DNA of 64,000 nt from an uncultured Candidatus Saccharibacteria bacterium (GCA_964394435.1 CAYMXN010000001.1:170428-234427); one strand, 5' to 3'; numbered from the stretch's first letter, positions 10,392-23,802 are shown. Notes: generated from the letters alone by a model not told the origin. A program made the numbers and translations.

Positions 10392-10823
10392 CTACTTCTT
10401 TTTCGGAATCGGGGGAGGGATGCGTTTGTTTTTTATTCTCGTGATTATTTCGAAGAGCTGTTTGAGCTGATCGGAAAACCCGAGAGTCTTCGCGGCATCA
10501 TAGAACGTTTCGATCGGAGTGATTCCGGTGTCGCAGGCGTGTATGAATTGCGCGAGACTTTCGGCAAACTTTCCCCCAATGAGCTCGGCTGCCTGCCAAA
10601 GCGCCGCAATCTTCTCTTCCGTTTTCTTGAGGCGGTAGACGAGGAGGTGGCGGGTTTCGCGTGTGCCGCTCGTGTCCATCGAGCTATCACTTCTGCGCTT
10701 TACCGAGAGGAGTAGTCGATTCTGTATGGAGCCGACCCGAGGTGTCCGGTAATCATCGAAACTGACGATTTCGATTTTTCCTTCGGGGGTGCGTCCGAGG
10801 TAGTACGTGACCGCGTGATGCAT
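10392..10823 (-). CDS. Hypothetical protein
   Basis: RBS aaagga lies 9 nt upstream of the ATG on the minus strand. 143 aa with a Pro/Lys-rich C-terminus. Confidence 0.45.
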   Translation of the reverse strand: MHHAVTYYLGRTPEGKIEIVSFDDYRTPRVGSIQNRLLLSVKRRSDSSMDTSGTRETRHLLVYRLKKTEEKIAALWQAAELIGGKFAESLAQFIHACDTGITPIETFYDAAKTLGFSDQLKQLFEIITRIKNKRIPPPIPKKK

Positions 10824-11305
10824 AGCTTGATTCCTTTTATAGGTGCTTTTCTTACCCTATGCTTTTTAAAAATATTTGTCGAGATTATAAATAAAAAAGC
10901 CGCAGGTCTCTTGTGGAGTTGCGGCAGAGTCTGATCTCGCACCTTGCGAGACAGAGGGCTCGGCGAGTGGTGAGCCTCGCCTGGTTGTTGACGGAGAGCA
11001 GCTTCATCAGGGAAGGGATCGGAAACCTAGTTTGCTGCTCGCGCGATACTTTTACCAAATGTTTCTCTTTCAAGGATCGCTCCTTGTATCCGCTTGAGGC
11101 GAACTAACCCGCGGGCTAGTTTGCGGTCCAGCACGTGGTCCTGGCTTGCTGGAGTTTAATCTGATATCGGTTGTCGCGAATCAGCGATCTTTGCGTTTTT
11201 GATTACGCTTAGATCCCGTTGCTGATAATCTTAATCATATTGAGTTATTTTTTTGCGTCAAATAAAAAACTCTGAATATGTGGGTGTATATTCAGAGTTG
11301 GTATC

Positions 11306-11602
11306 TTACGATGCGCTCGCTAGGATCAGCTTGCGTCCCGATGAGTTGCCGAGCGCGAGGGAGACAATCGCTTGCTCGCCGCTGGCGTGGAGCCGGACTT
11401 TGTACTTTGGGTCGACGAGCGTAGCGACGGGACACTTGATTCGCTGTTGACCTCGAAGATCAATCTCATACAGAGACTTTCCGCGAATCCTTTCGAGGAT
11501 GCGGGTGATTACCGGAGAGCTTGGTTCGCCATAGAGAACTAGTCTGCCTGCGGGCATATATCTCCTTTTTTGTAGGCAGAAGGGCTTCTTATAGAGTGCC
11601 AT
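11306..11602 (-). CDS. Hypothetical protein with a degenerate P-loop-like segment (LVLYGEPSSPVIT)
   Basis: A minus-strand terminator (aactctgaatat hairpin at 11262-11300) directly follows the stop. Could be a remnant of an AAA-type ATPase. Confidence 0.3.
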   Translation of the reverse strand: MALYKKPFCLQKRRYMPAGRLVLYGEPSSPVITRILERIRGKSLYEIDLRGQQRIKCPVATLVDPKYKVRLHASGEQAIVSLALGNSSGRKLILASAS

Positions 11603-11631
11603 TTTTCTCTATATTTATCCACATCCACCTA

Positions 11632-11665
11632 TCTATTGACGCTTTTTCTGCCTTTTGATACACTA
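11632..11665 (+). promoter_or_regulatory. Candidate promoter upstream of 23S rRNA (TTGACG-N17-TACACT)
   Basis: Sequence pattern about 500 nt upstream of the mature 23S 5' end. Confidence 0.3.
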
Positions 11666-12172
11666 CTGGGCATTGGTCATTAACCCACCTAATGCGAAAT
11701 AACTTATACATTGCGGCAACAAACCATTCAACCTTTTCCTAACCGGGAAAGTTTTGTATTGCGTTTGACTCGCCGCTCTGAATGAGCGGTTTTTCTTTAG
11801 ATGATTTAGTTGACTAACGAACTTTTAAAAATCCAGTTTTGCATCATCGCTCCGCAAGTTGCATCGAGAGGTGCGCGGTTCGCACATAGTGCGTTTCATA
11901 ATGCGTGTGTGATTTTGCAGAATATATAGTTTCGCGTTTTTTCTAGGGGAAAAACCGCGAGACAGTTTTGTATCACCTCATGACATCGATGGTGGTGCAA
12001 AGCAAACACGTTTTACGAGTAGCAGACACTGTTATCCGTTTGTGAAAGGTAAAACAAAAATGTTCTGGTTTACACACGCGTCGCATTGCGTGGTAAATGC
12101 AGTTCGCATTCATATATGAAGAGTATTTGAATGATCAGTTTAGACTTTTGTCGCAAGACAAAAGAAATATGT

Positions 12173-15205
<3,033 letters not shown>

Positions 15206-15371
15206 TACATATTTTTTCTGGTCTTATATGAGCACACACTTAAGAGTGTTCATATGAGATACGGAATTCTAAACTGATCATTCAAGTACTTCATCAAACA
15301 AGTACTTGTACCAATACCCCTAGAGCGCTTCAAACGCTCGTCTGAAAAACCCGTAATTGTCTTTAAGGGTT

Positions 15372-15489
15372 TCTCGGTGATTTAGTTCTGTGTGTCCCAC
15401 CTCTTCCCATTCCGAACAGAGAAGTGAAAGCACAGTTCGCTGATGATACTTACTGCAAACCGCGGTTGGGAAAGTAGGCTTCGCCGGGA
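15372..15489 (+). rRNA. rrf: 5S ribosomal RNA
   Basis: Carries ccgaacagagaagtgaaag and gggaaagtagg blocks. Terminal helix tctcggtg/cgccggga. A terminator-like hairpin plus T-run follows. Confidence 0.85.
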
Positions 15490-15594
15490 TTCCTTTGTAG
15501 AGAATTGCGGGTTTTTTGTTTGACGAAATCTTTTAGATACGATACGTTGAAGAAAGTGGGTAGCGTCTCCTTTCAATTACAAGGGGGTCTACGT

Positions 15595-15735
15595 ATGAAA
15601 AAGGTGCTGTCTGCAGTCATCGTGGTACTCATTGGTGCTGCTATCCTGTATGTTTTGGAAAATTGGTGTCGACTCTTTGGCACTGGCTCAGCTCGCTATG
15701 TCGATCCTGATGACTTCGAAGAACGTCTTCGATAA
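15595..15735 (+). CDS. Small hydrophobic protein (46 aa; MKKVLSAVIVVLIGAAILYVLENW...)
   Basis: RBS aagggggt precedes the ATG. A strong terminator follows at 15762-15810. Confidence 0.4.
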   Translation: MKKVLSAVIVVLIGAAILYVLENWCRLFGTGSARYVDPDDFEERLR

Positions 15736-15761
15736 CTGTTCACTTGCTTGGGTTGCTTGCC

Positions 15762-15810
15762 CGATACCTACTTTCTTCGGAAAGAAAGGGTCGGGCGGTT
15801 TTTTTATTGA
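15762..15810 (+). terminator. Intrinsic terminator (gcccgataccta...ggtcgggcgg then 7 T)
   Basis: GC-rich hairpin plus T-run. Confidence 0.6.
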
Positions 15811-15965
15811 AAATAAAATGCCCCGGACTCGTGTGAGTGCGCGGGGCGGAGAGACGAGCGGGTTACTCGTTGGTGATCGGGTTGGTGAACCCGGAGGCGC
15901 TTTTCCGTCTCGGTTCCTCGGTCGCCTGCGGGTAGAGCCCGGATCTGCGCCATGGCGATCGACTC

Positions 15966-16250
15966 CTAGGCCTTGCTGGTGGCCGGCTGGTGTGCTCGTT
16001 CACGGATGACCACGATGTACGCCTTGGTGCCTTTCGGCCGGGGCATTTCGGGGTCTTGGTGAATCTTGCGACACATGTCGCAGACGTGGTCGCTCGCCGG
16101 GTCAATGGACTTCGGCGCGTGCTCCACCTTCTTGGCGACTTCGCCACAGTTGGTCTGGAGTCTGGCTCCTGCCGCCGGTCGCTTGGTCGCTTCGATGATG
16201 TGATGCTGATGCTTCACGAAACCCTCCCAGGTTGAGGAAACACTGCCCAT
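15966..16250 (-). CDS. Hypothetical protein (GC-rich ORFan; contains HVCDMC)
   Basis: 94-aa ORF in a GC-rich island. A minus-strand hairpin plus T-run lies near 15815-15850. Weak RBS. Confidence 0.25.
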   Translation of the reverse strand: MGSVSSTWEGFVKHQHHIIEATKRPAAGARLQTNCGEVAKKVEHAPKSIDPASDHVCDMCRKIHQDPEMPRPKGTKAYIVVIRERAHQPATSKA

Positions 16251-16347
16251 TTAATGTATGAGATTTTTGTCCTTTGGTCAATTTCCGCCAAAGTCCGTGC
16301 CAAAGGCAGGCGGGCGGACAAGTTGACGCGTGATATAATAAATAGTA

Positions 16348-17838
16348 ATGATCTTGATTAAGAATAGTTTGGTTGTTGATGGAACGGGGAGTAAGCCGCA
16401 GCAACTTGATGTGCTTATTAAAGACAATCGTATTTCGGCGATTGGTAATTTTTCGACTCATCCTGCCGAGATGGTTATTGATGGACAGGGTGCGTATCTT
16501 ACTCCGGGATTTATTGATATTAATACTGACTCTGATCATTATTTGAGCCTTTTTTCTGATCCGATTCAGCAGGATTTTCTCCTACAAGGCGTTACTACGA
16601 TTATTGGTGGGCACTGTGGAAGTAGTTTAGCGCCTCTTTTATATGGCAGCCTGGAGAGTATTCGCAAATGGGGCGATGAGAATCAGGTAAACCTTGATTG
16701 GCACAGCGTCGCTGAATTATTTGCTTTACTTGAAAAACGTAAATTAGGCGTGAATTTTGGCACACTTGTTGGGCACTCGACTATTCGTCGTGCGCTTATC
16801 GGTGATGTGCCACGCGATTTAACTGATGCCGAACTTGAGGTGTTTAAAAAAGTGCTCGAGGCTGCGCTACGAGAGGGTGCGCTCGGACTTTCAACGGGGC
16901 TGGGGTATAACCATGGGCGGAGTGCTGGTTTTCTTGAAATCAAGATGTTGACCGATATTGTGGCGCGTTTTGGCGGTGTGTACGCGACGCATCTACGTGA
17001 TGAGGGGAAAGATGTCGGCAAGGCGGTTGATGAGACGATTCAAATCGCACAGTCGAGCAAGGTTAAGACGCTTATTAGTCATTTCCGGCCGATTGTTGGT
17101 AATGAGGCTCTTTATGAAGAAGCTTTGAGTGAGGTGGAGCGCGTAGGAAGTCGTTTTGACGTTGCGTTTGATCTCTATCCATTTGATTACAGTATCGTGC
17201 CGATTTATACGCTTTTGCCAATTTGGGCTCAAGATGGAAGTCTTGAAGATATGTATGAGCAGATGACGCAAAAGCACACTCAAGAAGAGGTGCTTAAGGG
17301 TATCGCGAGTATTACTGGCGATGATTTAGTGATCGCGCGTGCACCGGGATTTGATTATTTAGTTGGTAAGACATTGGCACAGTTTGCGGCTTCGCGGGAG
17401 ATGAAACTAAAGCCAGCGCTGTTTGAGTTGATGAAGATTTCTAAACTTAAAGCGGTACTTTTTTATCGCAATATTAATATGAGTGTTTCCGAGCGTGCGC
17501 TACTTTCTGATTCTTCATTTGTTGCGTCAAACAGTCCGAGTCTGATTGAGACGAAAAATATTTTAGAGAACCAGCGCGCTAAAGAAACATTTACTCGTTT
17601 TATGAGTATAGCGGCGCGTGTCGGTAAGCCGATTGAGTGGGTTATTCAAAAGTTCACACAAAAACCTGCCCAGTTTTTAGGGCTGAAAGGAAGGGGTGCG
17701 ATTACCGAAGGTGCGTTTGCTGATGTGGTACTTTTGCGTGATGGACGGGCGACTGATGTTTGGGTCAATGGCGTTCGAGTGGTTAATAATGGCTCTATTG
17801 CTAGTGTTTTAGCCGGTTCAATTTTGAAGCGAACCTAG
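16348..17838 (+). CDS. Amidohydrolase family protein (N-acyl-D-amino-acid deacylase-like)
   Basis: Family-typical N-terminal DG...GFIDI region, but the usual HxH metal motif reads NTDSDH. 496 aa. Confidence 0.75.
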   Translation: MILIKNSLVVDGTGSKPQQLDVLIKDNRISAIGNFSTHPAEMVIDGQGAYLTPGFIDINTDSDHYLSLFSDPIQQDFLLQGVTTIIGGHCGSSLAPLLYGSLESIRKWGDENQVNLDWHSVAELFALLEKRKLGVNFGTLVGHSTIRRALIGDVPRDLTDAELEVFKKVLEAALREGALGLSTGLGYNHGRSAGFLEIKMLTDIVARFGGVYATHLRDEGKDVGKAVDETIQIAQSSKVKTLISHFRPIVGNEALYEEALSEVERVGSRFDVAFDLYPFDYSIVPIYTLLPIWAQDGSLEDMYEQMTQKHTQEEVLKGIASITGDDLVIARAPGFDYLVGKTLAQFAASREMKLKPALFELMKISKLKAVLFYRNINMSVSERALLSDSSFVASNSPSLIETKNILENQRAKETFTRFMSIAARVGKPIEWVIQKFTQKPAQFLGLKGRGAITEGAFADVVLLRDGRATDVWVNGVRVVNNGSIASVLAGSILKRT

Positions 17839-17839
17839 T

Positions 17840-18964
17840 ATGAATCGAGGATTTGAAGCGCCGCGCTTAATCAAACAAGGACATAAGCCTGATTACCTGA
17901 TTTTATTTTGCCTAGGTTTTTTGCTTATTTTTGGGTTGATTATGCTTAGTAGTGCTTCGTCAAACCTCGCGACGGCGGCGTTTGGTGATCCGTATTACTA
18001 TGTAAAGCATCAATTCCTTTCTGGTGTTTTGCCTGGTATTGTCGGATTTTTAATCGCTTCGAAGATTTATTATGGCAGGTATCGCTCGCCAAAGTTGAGC
18101 ATTCCATTTTTGGTACTTACGATTATTTTGCTTGGCTTAGTTTTTACCCCGTTTGGGTTTACCGCAAAGGGTGCGACGCGCTGGATAGCGCTTGGCCCAA
18201 TTACGTTTCAGCCCGCCGAACTTTTAAAGATATCGCTTGTATTGTATTTAGCTGGCTGGTTAGTGCGTGGCGGTGGTAGGCAGAAGAGTTTTAAACAGGG
18301 ACTGCTCCCATTTTTAGTTATTTTGGGATTTATCTCATCATTTCTTATTCTTCAGAATAGTACGAGTCCAGTGGCGATTTTAGTTATAGTTTCGTTGGCT
18401 ATGTATTTTGCGAGTGGCGCGCGCTGGCGCTATATTTTTGGTATTTTTATGATCGCGCTTGTCGCACTCGCTTTGATCATTAAGATTACGCCGTATCGTG
18501 CGCAGCGGTTTTTATCATTTTTAAATCCTGAAGCTGACCCGCAAACAACGGGATATCATATTATTCAGGCAAAGAGTGCGATTGGCGCCGGTGGATTGAC
18601 TGGAGTTGGGTATGGGCAGTCGACGGTGAAGTTTCGTTTACCGGAGCCATTTGGTGACTCAATTTTCGCGGTTATCGCCGAAGAGTTTGGGTTTGTTGGC
18701 TCAACGATACTTATTGGGGTGATTATGCTTCTTGTGCTGCGTATGATGCTTATCGCCCAGCAGTGTCGGGATAAGTTTGGCCAGCTTTTACTTGTCGGAT
18801 TTGGTTCGATTATCGCGGTTCAGTCGATTGTAAACATCGGTGCGATGAGCGGTGCTTTGCCGCTTACGGGTACGCCATTGCCATTTATTAGTTACGGAGG
18901 TACGGCGCTAGCGATTATGCTGACGATGATGGGTATTGTGGTAAACGTGACCAAGTACGATTAA
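17840..18964 (+). CDS. ftsW: SEDS family peptidoglycan glycosyltransferase (FtsW/RodA)
   Basis: 10-TM protein with the GYGQS..FAVIAEEFGFVGS block. Adjacent to murG. Confidence 0.85.
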   Translation: MNRGFEAPRLIKQGHKPDYLILFCLGFLLIFGLIMLSSASSNLATAAFGDPYYYVKHQFLSGVLPGIVGFLIASKIYYGRYRSPKLSIPFLVLTIILLGLVFTPFGFTAKGATRWIALGPITFQPAELLKISLVLYLAGWLVRGGGRQKSFKQGLLPFLVILGFISSFLILQNSTSPVAILVIVSLAMYFASGARWRYIFGIFMIALVALALIIKITPYRAQRFLSFLNPEADPQTTGYHIIQAKSAIGAGGLTGVGYGQSTVKFRLPEPFGDSIFAVIAEEFGFVGSTILIGVIMLLVLRMMLIAQQCRDKFGQLLLVGFGSIIAVQSIVNIGAMSGALPLTGTPLPFISYGGTALAIMLTMMGIVVNVTKYD

Positions 18965-19008
18965 TAGAAATTAAAATGGCGAAGCACCTGTGTGCTTCGC
19001 CATAGATC

Positions 19009-19416
19009 TCATCTCTCGAACCTGTCGCCCCGGTATTGAGCCTCGGAGCTCGGCATGGAGGGGGTTGGTCTCCCGCATCCCGAAGTGGGGGCGGGATTCG
19101 CGCATCGTTCGCAGGAGTTCTGTCCGACGAACAGAAGCGTCCACATGAACTCCTTGCAGCCTTTGCACTGAACTCTCGCGTACGCCTTGCCGCGGGTCAT
19201 TTTGATGCCCTTTTTCCCCGTCGTCGGACAGACCGAGAAGAGGGTATCGACGCGCGCTTCCAGAGGCCTTTCGTATCTCTCAAACGCTTCGCGATCCTTT
19301 TTCGACATGCCAGACGTATCGAAGAGGGCGTGTGCCTGTCTCCGAGCCTCATCCGCGTCGATCTTGTCGTCATGGAAGAGCTGCGCGATCGCCTCGAGCT
19401 TCCGATGGAAGTCCAT
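19009..19416 (-). CDS. Hypothetical Cys-rich protein (CKGCKE...CERC), GC-rich ORFan inserted between ftsW and murG
   Basis: Strong RBS aggagaagg on the minus strand. Opposite orientation to the flanking dcw genes. Confidence 0.5.
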   Translation of the reverse strand: MDFHRKLEAIAQLFHDDKIDADEARRQAHALFDTSGMSKKDREAFERYERPLEARVDTLFSVCPTTGKKGIKMTRGKAYARVQCKGCKEFMWTLLFVGQNSCERCANPAPTSGCGRPTPSMPSSEAQYRGDRFER

Positions 19417-19577
19417 TGTAGCCTTCTCCTGGATTCGAATTGGACAAAATATATATTAGCAGTATTTTGTATATTTGTCAATTATCGATAGGGTGGGAAT
19501 TGTATCAATTATTCCTCGTTTCATTTCGACTACTTATACGTTAAAATATATAGGAGGCGGTAAAGCCTTTTTTATCG

Positions 19578-20744
19578 ATGGCTAAATCATTTAAATTTCG
19601 CGTTCTTTTATTAGGAGGCGGTACGGGCGGGCACATCTTTCCGCTTGTTGCGGTTGGAAAAACGCTCAAAGATTACTGTTTAAAAAATCAGATTGATTTA
19701 GATCTGCGGTATTTTGGTCAACCTGGACCGTATGAGTTTTATCTTGAGACGCACGGGATAGCGATCAGTAAAGTGGCGGTGAGTAAGTTGCGTCGTTATT
19801 TTTCGATATTAAACTTTTTTGATTTCTTTAAGTTTTTCTTTGGATATTTTCAAGCGATGTGGAAGTTGTTTTGGTTTATGCCGGACGTAGTGTTCAGCAA
19901 AGGCGGTCCGGGGGTGTTGCCGATTATTTTCGCCGCACGATTTTATAACATTCCAATCGTAATACACGAGTCTGATGCTGTTCCGGGGCTTACGACGCGT
20001 ACTTCGGCTAAGCGCGCAGAAATTATCGATGTGGCGTTTGAACAAGCTAAAAAGTACTTTCCAACGCATCCAAATGTGCGCGTTACCGGTGTTCCGGTGC
20101 GCGATAGTCTTTCGACTGGCGATAGTCGGGCGGAGTCGCGCTTAAGTCTTGGGCTGCTTGATGCGAAGCCGACCATTTTGATTTTAGGAGGTTCACAGGG
20201 AGCGCAAAATCTGAACTATTTCTTTTTAGAGAACTGTCAGCTGATTTTGTCTAAGTACGAGGTGATACACCAGATTGGTCGGGAGAACTTTGTTGGGTTT
20301 CAGCAGGAGTATGAGTTTATGACAAAGAACTTTCCGATTGATTTAAAGAAAAACTATTTACCATTTGCGTTTTTGGATGATGAAAAGTTGGCGATGGCGA
20401 TTAACGCTGCAGATGTGATTGTCTCGCGGGCCGGTGCTGGTTCGATCAGTGAGCTTTCCGCATTTGGTAAGCCAGCGATTCTTGTTCCACTGCCTGATTC
20501 AGCTAATGACCATCAGCGTGAAAACGCGTATACGTATGCACAAGCCGGTGGAGCGATTGTTATTGAGGAAAACAACTTATTGCCAAATGTATTTGTGACT
20601 CAGGTTGATAAGTTGCTTCAAAATATGGCGATTTATGATCGTATGAGCGAGTCAGCACGTCGGTTTTATAAGTCAGACGCGGCTCAACTCATCACCCAGG
20701 ACATTATTGAGGCTTCGCATATTTTAAGGTATTATTCCGCGTAA
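19578..20744 (+). CDS. murG: UDP-GlcNAc:lipid I GlcNAc transferase
   Basis: N-terminal GGGTGGHIFP motif and GT28 architecture. Confidence 0.85.
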   Translation: MAKSFKFRVLLLGGGTGGHIFPLVAVGKTLKDYCLKNQIDLDLRYFGQPGPYEFYLETHGIAISKVAVSKLRRYFSILNFFDFFKFFFGYFQAMWKLFWFMPDVVFSKGGPGVLPIIFAARFYNIPIVIHESDAVPGLTTRTSAKRAEIIDVAFEQAKKYFPTHPNVRVTGVPVRDSLSTGDSRAESRLSLGLLDAKPTILILGGSQGAQNLNYFFLENCQLILSKYEVIHQIGRENFVGFQQEYEFMTKNFPIDLKKNYLPFAFLDDEKLAMAINAADVIVSRAGAGSISELSAFGKPAILVPLPDSANDHQRENAYTYAQAGGAIVIEENNLLPNVFVTQVDKLLQNMAIYDRMSESARRFYKSDAAQLITQDIIEASHILRYYSA

Positions 20745-20748
20745 ACCC

Positions 20749-22179
20749 ATGAGTACTAACGATCAATCTGGTAAGCCAATTCGTGTCCGTATGGCGCCAT
20801 CGCCAACGGGTAGTTTGCATATCGGTGGAGTGCGTACGGCGCTTTATAATATGCTGTTTGCTCGTAAACTTGGTGGTACGTTTATTTTACGTATCGAAGA
20901 TACTGATGCGGAGCGTTCGACTAAGGCGTTTGAACAGGAGATTTTGGATAGTTTCGCCTGGTCGGGGATTGTGTTTGATGAGGGCGTGATGCCGGATGGT
21001 TCTGAAAAAGGTGCGTATGGTCCGTATCGCCAAACCGAGTGCTTAGACTCATACGAAAAGCATTTAGCTCGTATTCTTGAAGAAGGTAAGGCGTATTATT
21101 GTTTTTGCTCAAAGGAAGAGCTCGAGGCGCAGGCGGCTGATGGTCCAGCTGAAGGCGTTGCTCCAAAGTATAGCGGAAAGTGTAGCTCGACTAGTTTGGC
21201 GGATGCGCAGGCGCGCATTGCTGGTGGTGAGGCTCCAGTTATCCGCTTAAAGGTGCCGGCGGAGAAAGTTGTTTTTACAGACTTGATTCGCGGTGAAGTT
21301 GTTTTTGATAACGCGCTGATTGGCGATATCGTAATTGCGAAAGGACTTCGTCAGCCACTTTATAATTTCGCGGTAGTTATTGATGACGCGACGATGCAGA
21401 TTAGTCATGTGATTCGTGGTGAGGAACATCTCGCAAACACGCCAAAGCAAATCGCTATTGCGCAGGCGCTTGGACTTTCGTCGCCACAGTTTGCCCATTT
21501 ACCGATTATTTTGAGTGCGACCGGAAAGGGGAAGATGAGTAAGCGTGATGGTGGTACTACGGTGCGCGAGTATAAAGAGGCCGGCTACTTACCCGAAGCG
21601 TTGTTAAACTTTTTGGTTTTACTTGGGTGGCACCCAAGTGGCGACGAAGAAGTGATGACGCTTGAACAAATGGTTGCGCAGTTTTCACTCGAGCGTGTAC
21701 AGAAATCTGGTGCGAAATTTGATAAGGAAAAATTGAATTGGTTTAACAATCACTATTTGCGATTATTGAGTGATGAAACACTTGCGCAGCTTTCTGGTGC
21801 GCCGGCGAAGTTTGTGCCGCTTTTTAAAGAGCGTGCGAATACATTGATTGAGCTTGGCGTGATGGCGAAGGAGCTTATGACTGTGCCGGAGTATCCAGCG
21901 AGTTTATTAGTCTGGCGTAAGTCGGATGCGGCTGGGGCGAAGGTGTGTTTGACCGCAGCTCGAGCGGTTGTGGCTGGGCTTACCGATGGCATCGATGCCA
22001 GGGCCGTAGAAGGGGCGTTTAGTGGCCTTTTAGCTGAAAAGGGCAAGGGTGATGTACTTTGGCCACTCCGAGTGGCTTTATCGGGTAAAGAGGCCTCTCC
22101 GGGGCCATTTGACCTGATTGTGGCCCTTGGAAAGGCCGAGGCGCTGACCCGGATTGATGCTGGTTTAGCCAAGTTGTAG
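20749..22179 (+). CDS. gltX: Glutamyl-tRNA synthetase (probably non-discriminating, since gatCA is present)
   Basis: HIGH motif (SLHIGGVRTA) and KMSKR motif. Confidence 0.92.
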   Translation: MSTNDQSGKPIRVRMAPSPTGSLHIGGVRTALYNMLFARKLGGTFILRIEDTDAERSTKAFEQEILDSFAWSGIVFDEGVMPDGSEKGAYGPYRQTECLDSYEKHLARILEEGKAYYCFCSKEELEAQAADGPAEGVAPKYSGKCSSTSLADAQARIAGGEAPVIRLKVPAEKVVFTDLIRGEVVFDNALIGDIVIAKGLRQPLYNFAVVIDDATMQISHVIRGEEHLANTPKQIAIAQALGLSSPQFAHLPIILSATGKGKMSKRDGGTTVREYKEAGYLPEALLNFLVLLGWHPSGDEEVMTLEQMVAQFSLERVQKSGAKFDKEKLNWFNNHYLRLLSDETLAQLSGAPAKFVPLFKERANTLIELGVMAKELMTVPEYPASLLVWRKSDAAGAKVCLTAARAVVAGLTDGIDARAVEGAFSGLLAEKGKGDVLWPLRVALSGKEASPGPFDLIVALGKAEALTRIDAGLAKL

Positions 22180-22200
22180 CTCATTTTAAACCTATTACCA

Positions 22201-23475
22201 ATGAAGAAGTTTTCTCATCTTTCGACTGGACTTCTCACGGTGCTCTTGGGCGCCCAACTTATCGTTGGTAATTTTGCGTATGCGGCGGATGTTGATCAAC
22301 TCAAGAGTGCGATTGATCAAAAGGCCAGAGAACTTGAGGCGGTTAATAAGCAACTCGAGGCGACTCAAGATGTACTTGAAGATGTACAGGTGCGCGGAAA
22401 AACACTCAATCAAGAGATTAAACGAATTGATACGAGCTTGAGCCAGGTTGATTTAAGTATTAAGGCTTCGGAAATTAAGATTAGCAAGACCGCGCTCGAG
22501 ATTCAGTCTTTAAATAATTCGATCACTGAAAAAGAGTCGGCGATCGCACTGCGGCGTGATGCGGTTGGACGCTTGCTTCAGCAATTTCAAGAGCGCGATG
22601 GCGAAAGTCTCTTGAGCTTGTTTTTAAAAAATATGAGCTTGTCGCAGAACTTAGCGGAAACTGAAACGATTGATACGCTTAACGATACGCTGCTTGATGA
22701 TGTTTCGACTATTCGACAGCTTAAAGACGATTTGAATCAGCGACTTCAGGATGTGAGTGATAAGAAGAAGTCGATTGAGGCGGAAAATCAAAACTTGAAG
22801 GTAAAGAAGTCGATCGCGGTTGAGCAAAAAGCAGACAAGCAGTCGCTGCTTTCGCAAACCAAAAATCAGGAAAAAGCGTATCAGCAGGTTGTGAGCGAGC
22901 TTGAGAAAAAACAGGCGGAGATTAGTTCGGAAATTGATACGATTGAGCAGCAGCTGCGTGCGAATTTTGACTCAAGCATATTGCCGCTTAAGCGTTCGGG
23001 GGTGTTTGGCAGTCCGGTTGTTAAGGGAGTGATTACCCAGCTCTATGGTTCGACTGCGTTCGCGCAAAAAGCGTATCGCTCAAAGTTTCATAACGGTATC
23101 GACTTTGGTGTAGGCGTTGGTACCCCGATTTATGCTGCCGAAGATGGCAGGATTTTGTCTGCCGGAAATAACGGCAAGGTACAGTATGGAAAGTATATTT
23201 TAGTTAAACATAACAACAATTTGGCGACGCTATACGCCCATCTTTCACGCCAAATGGTCAGCACAGGGGATATCGTGACGAGGGGACAGCTTATTGGGTA
23301 TTCGGGCAATACCGGCTACTCGTTTGGTGCGCACTTACACTTTACCGCGTATTACGAGCCGCCATCGTGTGAGATCGCTCGTACAAATCGTAAGGATTGT
23401 ATTCAACTTCAATCGATTCCAGGGGCTGGGCTTGTCCCAGTTGGTATTACCATCGACCCTGGACAATATCTTTAA
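22201..23475 (+). CDS. Secreted M23 family peptidase with an N-terminal coiled coil (EnvC-like)
   Basis: Signal peptide, long coiled-coil region and C-terminal LytM motifs (HNGIDFG...GNTGYSFGAHLHF). Confidence 0.85.
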   Translation: MKKFSHLSTGLLTVLLGAQLIVGNFAYAADVDQLKSAIDQKARELEAVNKQLEATQDVLEDVQVRGKTLNQEIKRIDTSLSQVDLSIKASEIKISKTALEIQSLNNSITEKESAIALRRDAVGRLLQQFQERDGESLLSLFLKNMSLSQNLAETETIDTLNDTLLDDVSTIRQLKDDLNQRLQDVSDKKKSIEAENQNLKVKKSIAVEQKADKQSLLSQTKNQEKAYQQVVSELEKKQAEISSEIDTIEQQLRANFDSSILPLKRSGVFGSPVVKGVITQLYGSTAFAQKAYRSKFHNGIDFGVGVGTPIYAAEDGRILSAGNNGKVQYGKYILVKHNNNLATLYAHLSRQMVSTGDIVTRGQLIGYSGNTGYSFGAHLHFTAYYEPPSCEIARTNRKDCIQLQSIPGAGLVPVGITIDPGQYL

Positions 23476-23481
23476 AACATT

Positions 23482-23802
23482 ATGAAACAATTTTTGATTG
23501 TCGGGCTGGTTTTGGTGAGTTTCTTGAGCACGCAAGTAAGTTTTGCGGCGTTTGACGTTTCTGGTTCGCAGTCGCTCGATACGATTAAAAATGCGTTTGA
23601 GTTTGCCAAGCAAAATAGTTCGACGATTGATACCGCACTTTCAGTTGCCAGCACTGCTACGGATGTGGCGAGTAAAACCGACTCGTGGTTTGACACCCAC
23701 GGAATCGATATCAAGGCTATCTTAAAAGCGATTGGGACGGCGTTTGTCTGGGTGGCGAAACTAGTTATCCACGTCGTTGAGTATCTTGTATCGAAATTGT
23801 AG
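23482..23802 (+). CDS. Small secreted or membrane-anchored hypothetical protein
   Basis: Signal peptide (MKQFLIVGLVLVSFLSTQVSFA) and a hydrophobic C-terminus. Confidence 0.5.
   Translation: MKQFLIVGLVLVSFLSTQVSFAAFDVSGSQSLDTIKNAFEFAKQNSSTIDTALSVASTATDVASKTDSWFDTHGIDIKAILKAIGTAFVWVAKLVIHVVEYLVSKL

Noticed and set aside
15863-16147. A 94-aa minus-strand ORF rich in R, S, P and T.
   Set aside because: Its composition looks like a frame artefact of the GC-rich DNA. The overlapping 15966..16250 frame is slightly more plausible, and that too only weakly.
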